DNA of 64,000 nucleotides from Cenococcum geophilum. Lineage: Eukaryota. The translations under genes were made by a program, and so were the position numbers. Where the stretch lies: contig CP158635.1 of assembly GCA_050273025.1 (NCBI GenBank), forward strand, positions 9,052,001 to 9,116,000, read 5' to 3'. The notes under the pieces were generated by a model. That model was not told the DNA's origin and did no database searches. It was given only the letters and a program-made list of their open reading frames with translations. How positions within the stretch are numbered: the first letter of the stretch is position 1; every line of letters starts with the position of its first letter. Below, in pieces: positions 25,328 through 35,559 of the stretch.

Positions 25328-26062
25328 TAATATATAGCACTTATAATAGAAAGTATAGCTGCCTATACTAAGGCGTTATATACTAAGCGCTAAGCTTAGA
25401 TTAAGACCGAATAAGCCTATCTACGTATTAGCCATCGTAATTTAGCGTTTAGTGTAAATTAATAGTTTTAATAACTCTATAAGCTTAGAAAGCCTCTAAG
25501 GGCTATATAGTTAATCTACCGAGGGTTAAAGCATTCGCTAAGAAGCTTCAAAACTTAAGTGTTTTATTAAGATGTATTATATCTATATAGAGTGCTATAA
25601 ACTCTATAAATAGAGCCTGAGTAATTGGATGGTACCTCTTATAGGTTAAATACTGCCTTTAGATAGGCTCTAGAACCCTAGATATATAAACGCCTTAGGG
25701 TTAGTAGTATAATTATAAACTAATAGATGTCCTGCGTCCTTAATAATAGCATAGTTTCCTATAAATTAGAAGATAAAGACTAAGAGATTTTTGGATAAGC
25801 TATTAAGACCTAAGTAAATAAGAAACCTGCTAAGATAAGCCTTATACTTAAGGAAGGACACCTTTAGCGGCAAAAAATTATACGTTAGTAGTCTATATAA
25901 CGCAACTTTTGGAGAAATATACTTAAAGATATAGCTAGAGCTCTATGCTGTATAAAAGAGGCGTTGCCTTACTATTTATTCCTCCTCTATATTTTTTATT
26001 CCTCTTCTATTCTCTAAACTCTTTTAGTTTTAGTATATATTAATCTTATAACCTTACTAATA

Positions 26063-26790
26063 ATGTCTTTTATAGTTAAATAACAGCTATAGACTTCTAA
26101 TCCTAAATAGAAGCAAATATCCTCCGTGCCCAATTAACTATTTAATATAGTTTCTTTATATAGTAACGGCGGTAATACTATTGCGGATGAGACTATATAT
26201 GCCGCTAAGGTATATTATAGTAAGGCCAATGCCTAAGTTTTAGTAATTAGTTTATAATAGTGTTAATATAATTATAGGGGTAAACTTAAAGAACAAATCT
26301 CGTTTTAGTAATATTAGAGGAATTGCCTATACTAGGGTTATAAACAAAAGCTTAGAGTTTTTTATGTTATAAAAGCCCGGGTAGATATCCGCAGTAGAGT
26401 ATTATAAAGGCCTAGAGTACCTAGTATATATCGCTATTAATAATAATAATAGCACGGCGTTAGTATATTAGAATCCTACTTAGGAGCTACCTACGAATCT
26501 GCTATATAATAAGATTTAATTATACTACACTCGGGAATCGACTTAACTTAATTAATATGCTAAAATATATAAAGAGCTTAAATAGATAATAAGAGGTGGA
26601 GTAAGGTAAAAATACTATTTAAAAGAGTAGTCTAAAGAGTTATTAAAGGAAAGGGGATATAAACAGAAGGCAGATAAGCTGTTAGAGAAAGCCGTATATA
26701 AGTAGAAGGTAAATGCTAATACCTATAACAGAGGTAAGGAGATAGAGGCTTAATAGTGACATAATAGGAGACAAAGCTAAATTTAATCTA
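26063..26790 (+). pseudogene. RIPed hypothetical gene
   Basis: An ATG after a pyrimidine-rich leader opens a ~240-codon frame with TAA/TAG stops only. No domain recognised. Confidence 0.4.
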
Positions 26791-27984
26791 ATTAAACTAT
26801 TACGGAATATTGTATAAATTGTTAAAACGGGGAAACTATGTAATTAAGTTAAGTAGCTTAATAATCTAAAATAATACTAGGCTCTTCTCCTTATCTTTCT
26901 AGCAAGTCTTATTAAGATTATTAACCTTTAATATATAATTATTCTAATGCCTAAGAGCCTTTAATTAGCTAAGTAGTAATTCCAAAGGCTTAGTATAATA
27001 GTAAAAAGAATAACTAGTTTCTAAACTATCTTTATATTAATACTCTTGTAAATAGGAAGTTTAATGCTTATAAGTTTTATAGAATAAAATAAGTAATTAT
27101 TAATTTAAGGTATATAAGGATAAATCTAGCCTATAAAATCCGAGATCTAAGCATTTATTCTCTTTAATAATTCTATACTAAAATTTAAAATGGCTTAGAG
27201 TTTTACTTTGGTGTTATTATTGTTATATAAGTGAACTGGATTAAACCCTTTTACCCCTAAGCTTAAGTTCTTAAAGATTAGGTTAAATTCCTAGGGATTC
27301 CTAGTATGTTTCGCTAAAGTATTAAGGGAATCCTTTATAAGTAGCTCCCCTTTTAAGTATCCGGCTTGTTTAATATATACTAGGCAATTTAAAATAGGGT
27401 GATTTAAGTAAAAGTAAAGGATAATAGACTTTGCCTATATATGGACTAGTAGAAAAGATTGCATTATAATATTGCCGATAAAGGATTTTAATTTAAATAA
27501 GTAATAAAATTAAAGTTTGTATAGGCAAAATATTCTATCTATAAAGCTTTATTTATATAGCTAGACTAAGAATAGTATAGGTTTTTTTTTGAAAACGCCA
27601 CTAATGGTTACTCCGTAGAAAAGATTACGCGCGCTTTATAACCGCTATATTATTTTATAAATAGTTTTTAAGAGTGAAACTTGAAACTTTTATAATCCGC
27701 CTAAAAGTAGAGCTGTAGCTATTCTTACGATATAGATATATAGGAGAAGCATCTATAATATAGTATTAGTAGTAGATTTAAACTATATTCCTAGCTATAA
27801 TAATAAAATAGAAATATCTAATATAAGACGTTAACTGGGAAATTTATAAAGTATAAATTTGGATATAAGATCTTAAAATTTATTAGCTTAGCTAAAACTA
27901 AATAGCTTATTATACTACCTAATTCTACTTTTACAACTAGAGGTCTTTCTCCTACCTTATTACCTTAATCTTTATACTATTATA

Positions 27985-28335
27985 AATTTTAAAGGCTAAG
28001 AGCGCACTCTAATTTATTAATTCTTTCCTATTTATATTAGTTATCCTATTTAAGATCTTAAAGGTAAAATTTAAGCTTAGCCTTATTATTAAAGATCCGC
28101 TCTATTACTTACCTAAGCTAATCCTTAAACTGCTTTAACTTTTTAAACCTTATCCATCTTATATTTTTAACCTCTTTACAATACTTAAGTAGTGCAGCTT
28201 TTGCCTCTAAATATTAATCATAAAGTACACTAATTATTACTCTTACTTTATCTAGTTCGGTTTTAAGATTTTAAATTTAAAGTGTAGAGTTCTGCTTGCG
28301 AAGAAAGAATTCCTTAAGAAACTCCTAATTGGTAT
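27985..28335 (-). pseudogene. Small coiled-coil protein gene
   Basis: KEFFLRKQNSTL*I*NLKTELDKVR..LEAKAALLK..ERINKLECALSL; heptad-like and E/K/Q-rich after de-RIP. Confidence 0.4.
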
Positions 28336-31300
28336 AGCTGTTAGACTTTTAGTAGAGAGAGTAATAGCTTATACTCTTTTCCTTATTAGTAAAGCTATTA
28401 GTAAAAAAAGAATTTAAACCTACTAGAGTGCTTAAATTAGTACTAAAAGAGTCCATTTTAGGTATTAAGCTATTATTTCTTAAGATAAAGTAAAATTTTA
28501 AAATTAGTATATAACCTCTTATATTATAAGATAAAGGAGAGAGCGTACCTTAAAAGACCCTAAAAATCTAATATATCTTAAAATTTAAAATCTATTTCTA
28601 AGGACCGCTATAGAAGATATTAGCTAAAGATAGGGCTTATATATATAGGTGCTAGGACTTAGTATCGTTAAGAAATCGCTTATATATATTTTAGTTAGAC
28701 CTTAAGAAAACTAAATAACCAGCTAAAGGTTATATAAGGCTTATAAATAATCTGCTATTAAAGGCCAATTAGGGGCTTTTATAATAGCTATGCCCCATAC
28801 CTACTAAATATTAATTAATTATAAATCTTAGCGATTGCGTAAATCTAAAGCTTATATAAGCCACCTCTAGCAATTCTAGTTCTGGACCTTAGCTTAATGT
28901 AGAATAACTACCCACAGCTCTATCGTTGTATAATTTAGTCAGAATTTACCTAAGCTTATTGTAGTTTATAAGAATAATTTTATAATAAAAATGGTTTATT
29001 ATTTAAGAGGTGTACCTAATTGTTAAAACCTAACTCGACGGTATCTTATTGGGCTGAAAGTCTATACTAAGGAGCGTAATATTATATATATTTAAGCAAA
29101 GGGCTTTTCTTATATAGGTCTTAAACTTAGGCGTTCTATAAACTATCGGCCGTTAAATTAAAAAGTATTATTACCTTTTAAAGGAAACTTACCCGATATT
29201 ATTATATTTCCCACCTTAGTAGACTATTCTTAGTTAATAATCTATACTATATCTAGTGGATATAAAAGCTTATAAAGCCTCTTTCTAAGAATCTTATCTT
29301 CTTTATTTAGTTCTTCTATAGACCCAGCGACTTTATATAGGAAAAAAAATAAAAATAGTGAAAATCTGGCGGTGGTCTATATTATATAGAGCTAGAATAC
29401 ACTCTTTTACCCATTTATATTAGTCTTTATAGTTAGCAATACCCTTATTTTTTTAGTATACTATAGATTCTTACCTTTCGTTTCTAAGAATTATACTAAT
29501 AATAGCCTTTATATATGGGCAGTCCAATTATTATATGCTATTAGAAGATATTGAATTAATAATAAATAGCTTATAATTTTAATACTATTTACTATAAATA
29601 GTACCTTATTATATTGGCTTAGGTAATAGTACTAAGCACCTCTATATAGTCCATCTAATATAACTAAAGTTGCTTTACTATATAGCCTTAGTCTACTACT
29701 AAACCCTTACTTAGTTTAAATAAGGAGTACTATAGTTTGCTTAAGGTTAGTCTTATTATCTAAGACCTATGCTATTATATAAGGATGTGCTTAAATAAGG
29801 CCGAAACTATACGGAATAGTAATGTAGATAAATTGCCCTAGTAGTACTTTTTAGGAGCGTTTTACTATAACTCTAAGTTAAACAGCGTTTTTTAAATCCT
29901 TACCTCCTTAGGGATAGTAAACTATAGATACTTAATAAAAAGGACCCGATTCTAGATTTTGATATAATATAAATCTAGCCTAAAGTACTTTCTAAAGAAC
30001 CTAAAGCGATAATATAACTAAGAGATAAGCTATAGGATAGCTTCGCTTTAGTTTAATATATAACCATAATATTCCTATTAAAGCTAATATAAGAAGGTAA
30101 GTACGGAGGAAAATTTCGTAAGTGTAATAATAAATAATAAAAAAAGAGAGAAGGTTAATAGCGGAAATAAATATAATAAGCTATTTATAATTAAGCTTAG
30201 TAGGAATAAGGGAGTTTTAAATAAACTATAATTTTAATATTTGCCACACGCGAATGCTTTAAAGATACTATTAGAAGTATATAAAGCACTTCTTCTAAAA
30301 TATATACTCGACCAATCTAGTAGTAAATTAAGCTATAATTATATATCAGCAAGCGTAGGACTTTATTGCTAACTAAATTAGTTCTGCCCTTAAGGAATAG
30401 CGGAACTACATTAATAGCGAATAGATATCCTAAACGCTGCGTAAATTAAATGCTTATGAACAAGCCTAAAATAAAGCTAATAATATTTGCAACTATATAA
30501 AGAAAGATATAAAATGCAGCTAAAAGACTAACGTTTAATGTACTTTTTTACCTAGGAATAATTAAAGTATATAAAGTCTATTTCCGGATATTTAATAGAA
30601 GTTTTTTATAAGCCTAAGAGTTAATAAGTTTAGAAATCCTCTAAATAGAAAAGATGGCAATAACTGCGCTATACGAAACGACGTAAATAGTAGTTATATT
30701 TATTTTCTTTCCCTAAGAATTTTATAGGACGGTTAAGCATTATAAAGATATATTTAGTTCTTTATTAAAAAAAACAAGTTTACTAAAAAAAATAATAAAT
30801 TTTAATAAATTCTATAATAAGATATTATTTTAGCGCTCTAATATAAGATCGGGTACTAAAAGAAAATTAAAGAAGCTATAATTAGAAACTAAAATTTAAG
30901 TAAAAAGCTATTTTAGGCTTTAATTAATACGCTATAAAATAGTTAAACTCTAATTAGTAAACTAGCCGCTCGCTAAATATAGAACTAGTAAATTACTTTA
31001 CACCGCTTATTTTTTAGCTAAGGGTATATTTAATAACTATTACTTAGCTAGGTGGCTTTACTAAGTAGGCGCTCTAAAAAAGCTACCTAAGCCTATTTAG
31101 GTCCGCTAGTCGCGAACGGGCTACTAATATTAATATCCGCCTAGTGGATATTGTCCGTTTAACGCCGTAGGTAGATTTAAGCAAATTAGTCGTCTTAGTA
31201 GTTAAATAGGAGGTTTTATCTGGCTAGGTAGAGGCGTTTGCGCTAACTATAATTACGCTTATAGCGGCGAGTTTTATTAGCAATTTAAGCCACCTAGGTA

Positions 31301-31771
31301 GTCTACTTAGGCGAATTCTGCTAGTACCTGCCGTTTTAAGGGGGGTATTAATGGAATACTAATATGACCGGGTTAATTGATCCTGCCCTTTATAATATTT
31401 TTAACCTATTTTTACCATCTTAGGATCTAATTCGACGCTAACTATTTAGTAACGCTCCTTTCTTACTAAATAAACCCCTTTTACTAAGTGGAAAGTATCC
31501 CTACTTTAATGTTTAGAAAAAGCGCTTATATTTTAAAGATTATGCCTAGGTAGAGTTAACCTAGCTAAAAAAGTTATTAAATATGACCTAAGGCGTATAA
31601 CTTGCATATAATATATATACTGTGCTATTTATATTATCTCTAGCAGAATTAAATATAAATATTACTAGGAACACTTTTAATTACTATAAACTATTATTTT
31701 ATTAGTCTTACTTTATTTAGAGACTATTACGTATATTTACATTTAAATATTATTAAAAGGGTGTTAATACT

Positions 31772-32150
31772 ATGCCTCGCCTAAGAAAATAACCCTATAT
31801 GTCTTTATATAGACCTTTAGAAGCTAGTAATTAAATATTCGCAACCTAATAGGAAGGTATTTTTAAGAAAGCTTCTATTTTTACTTAACTAGTGCCCGGA
31901 ATAAGAGTTGCTATTTTTATAAAGAGGAACTAAGAAATCTTTACGTTTTAATTTAATAAAAAGTTAACTTCTTAGCCTCCCTTTATGGAAGAGATTATAA
32001 GCACTATCCTTATTTACCGTCTCTATAAGCTTATATAGAGTAGTAAAGGGAAAGTAACCTAATTAATAAATTTCCCTGCTATTATTAAAGTGCTGCTAAA
32101 GTACGCTTATAGGGGGATAAAACTCCCCTATTTAGCCAGAGCTCCCTAAA
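31772..32150 (+). pseudogene. Small MADS-box/SRF-type domain gene 2
   Basis: MPRLRK..IFAT**EGIFKKASIFT*LVPGIRVAIFIKRN*EIFTF*FNKKLTS*PPFMEEI matches F..RR.G.FKKA.....L....VAIFI.....FTF.S......WPP..EEI. The 3' end is approximate. Confidence 0.72.
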
Positions 32151-32249
32151 ACATTTTCTATTTTTAAGTAAGGTCTACTATAATCTAAATATTAGGGTTA
32201 AGAGCAAGCCTATTTACTTATCCCCTATTAGAAGCATTAATTAATTAGA

Positions 32250-34650
32250 ATAGTTTTTATTATATTTTATTTACTATAATAGAATAGAGTTTATAGACTG
32301 CTATAGTAAAGCGTTACCCCCTATTAGTAATTAGGTATTACCTAACTATAATAATATATACAACTCTCCCGCCCCTTTAAGTGAGATTTTTTTATACATT
32401 ATATAAGGATCCCTATTAATAACCTTACTATTATAGTTAAAGCCTAAGCCGGAACTTAACTAACTATATAATTCTCCCTCCTCTTATAGTACCTGTATTT
32501 AGTGCTTTACCTTTAAAGAGATTATTAGAATAATTTAGGGAATTTAGATTATATTATATATAATACTTAGTGAATTATATATAAGGATAGGGAGCCTTTA
32601 TTGTTAGAATCTAGTACCTAGCCTTTTAAATATTTTTACTATAGCGCAAGTAATTAAATATTTAATTTATTATTAGGATTATATAAATAATAAACCTCTT
32701 TCCTTAATTAAACCTTAAATGGCGCGTATAGTGCTAGCTAAAGTGATATTTTAGGGAGGCGCTTTATTTCTATAGAAGGCGCTAGCTAATGTAATATTTT
32801 AGAAAGACGCTTTATTTTTATTAAAATAGTTATAGGTATATACTAAAGTAAGGGTATCTCCTATTATATAGACTTCCTATTAAAATAGAGTTGCCTTTTT
32901 AAGAGTAATACGTCCTTAGATCTATTATATAATCGTTTTCTCCCTAACCTGGACCTTCTAAGAAGCCTAGTATTGCTGTTTACGGTAAATATACTCCTAT
33001 ATTAGTTTATAAAAGCATTAATATCTTTTTTAGTGCCTATATAGTAATACCTATATCTTTTATATGCCTTTAAAAGATATTTAGGGTTATAAGATGTTAT
33101 AATAGTAAGGTTAGAAGCTAGAAACTTTATTATTCTCTAAAATACCTTTTTATATTACGCTACCTGCTTAATTAAAAAGACTTTAAAGCTCTTAAGCACC
33201 TAAGTTAGCTTAAATAAGAACTCTACTCTTTAAAAGCTACTATTTTTTTCTAATTAAATTATAATAATCTAAAGGTTATTAAATATATCTACTTTAGTAA
33301 TAAAGCCTAAATCTAGCTCCTTTTTATACTCCTTAAGTTCTTTTAATTTTTGAAAACCTTGGCTAATAAGGTTATCTTTAAGTCGCATATTATATTTAAG
33401 GCCTATAATCTTTATCTTCGCCGCAGAAAATATATATTCTGCTTAGCCTTAATATACCGCTATACTTTAATTGGCCTAGTTTTATAATTTACATTATTAA
33501 CGTTTATGCTTAGTTTCTGCTATCTGTTTTAACTGCTCTTATTAATACTTATACTCTTTTTTTAATAATTTAAGGACCTAAAGATACTTGGATTGGGCTT
33601 ATGTTATTAGCTAATCTACTACCTCTTAAACTACTTTTTCCTTTTAAGACTTGGCTAACTCTAATGCTTAATATAGTCTTTCCTCTTCTTGCTGTTAGCG
33701 TACTTACTCTAATAACTTAAGAGCTTTTAGATGCTTAGATTGGGCCTATAATTTTAGCTAATCTACTACCTCTTAAACTGCTTTTTCCTTTTTAGACTTG
33801 GCTAACTCTAATACTTAACGTAGTTTTTTATTCTCTTATTATTTACGCACTTACTCTAATAACTTAAGAGCTTTTAAATGCTTAGATTGGGCCTATAATA
33901 CTACCTCTTAAACTACTTTTTCCTTTTTAGGCCTAGCTAACTGCAGTGTATAATGTAAGTTATTATTTTATCTCTATTTATATTACCTTTAGACATTAGG
34001 TTAAAGTAGTAGTTTTATTCTTTAAAGTATTAAATGCTTTTATTAACTCTATACTTTTTTCTTTTATTTTAATTCTTACCTTCTTTATACTTTGTTAGAG
34101 CGCTTTATAATCTCTTTCTTTTATTTATAATTTATTCCGCATTTCTTCTTAAATATCCTTTAATTTTTTTAGGCCGTTATTTAGTTCCGAGACTATAGCC
34201 ATCTAGGCCTCTAAATTATATTATAATTACTTAATTTAGGTATCCTTCCCATTACCTTTTATAGAGTCCTATTAATATTTATTTTCTACTATTACGCTTT
34301 AAAAATATTTCTTCTTAGCTATAGCTGTATTAAGTATTAACTGTTATTATATAAACTGGGATTCTAGCTTTTTTTAGAAATCTCAAATAATATACTTTAA
34401 GCTATTATCTCTTCTAGCTTATTACTAACTAGAAAGTACTTTTTCTTAAAATCCCTAATTTAAGATTTTACCTTCGCCAATTAATTCTCTATTATTATAG
34501 AAGTGGAAGCTATTAACTTCCTAGGGGTTTTTAAACTTGTTTTACTATCTTCTAACTCTTTAATTTATAAATTTAATTGGTTTATTTTAATTTGCAATTC
34601 TTTAACCGAGTAGTAATAGGTATAGTTATACGCATTAGTAGGACTCTATA
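32250..34650 (-). pseudogene. Large coiled-coil protein gene with internal 45-49-aa repeats
   Basis: E/K/Q-rich minus-strand frames. Tandem units ELAKS(Q/E)KEKAVQEVVDQLKLQAQSKHLKALKLLEQVR.. of 147 and 135 bp at 33590-33940, plus a ~42-bp duplication at 32735-32820. Confidence 0.6.
33590..33942. repeat. Coding tandem repeat (147/135-bp units, ~2.5 copies)
   Basis: The anchor GACTTGGCTAACT/GGCCTAGCTAACT recurs at 33648, 33795 and 33930. Unit lengths are multiples of 3. Confidence 0.85.
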
Positions 34651-35089
34651 TTAGTGTAGTATTTTGGATTAATAGCGACTAAGTTTTTAAGGTAAAATAT
34701 ATATCCTTCTCTTAATTAGTTAAGTTTATATATAAAAAAGGGGGGTGGGTATACCTTAAATAACTTAAATCTAAAAAAGGTTATAAAGAAGTTACGTTTT
34801 ATAAAAAAGGGTATAATATTGGCACTAGGATAAACCTTACTCCTATAAATATATGGGATAAAAAGGCAATCGTTATATTTTTTATAATTATTATTAAAGG
34901 GCCTTCCACACCTTTTGTTAGTGGGGAAGGGTTTAAAACTAGTAAGGTATAGTAATTAAATACAGTTATTTTAATCTTTTAACTACTTAAAAACTAAAGC
35001 AATAGCTTTAACTATTACGGACGCTTTAAGTACAATGTTATAACTACTAGGAGAGGAGTTAGAAGAAGTTAATTAGTTAATATAGGCAC

Positions 35090-35515
35090 TGTTACGGACG
35101 CTTTAAGTACAATGTTACGACTACTTAGAGAAGAGACGGAAGAAGCTAGTTAGTTAATTTAGGCACGGTTTAGGATAGAGCCGGTAGAACTATATGACGA
35201 GGAATAGTAGCCGAGGTCACATAATGTGCTACGTATTAAACGAGAGGAACGAGAGAAACTTACGTACCTTATATATAAGACATGCATTACGTATAAGAAG
35301 GATTTTATAGAAGTACGGTTATATATTTAAGGACCCTTAGTCCCTACTTAGATAGTTCCTTCCTTATAGTAATTCTTAGAATATAATTAGAGTTAATCTA
35401 TTAGGCAACCGCTCCACCAGTTATTATTACGTTGTTGACTTTTATACTTGCATTTCCTATACACCTAGCCCAATAACAGGACCTACCGTAGTTCTTACTA
35501 CAAGGTTCCGTTACA
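35090..35515 (+). repeat. 5' LTR of A2
   Basis: TGTTACGG...CCGTTACA, 426 bp. Confidence 0.96.
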
Positions 35516-35559
35516 CAATCACTACCTAGTTATAGTATTAATATAAGAAGTTAAATAAC

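Noticed and set aside
4695..35012. Starship captain (DUF3435), Spok, Helitron Rep/Hel or DDE transposase gene
   Set aside because: No such motifs were recognised in manual translations. Heavy RIP means a remote homologue cannot be excluded without an HMM search.
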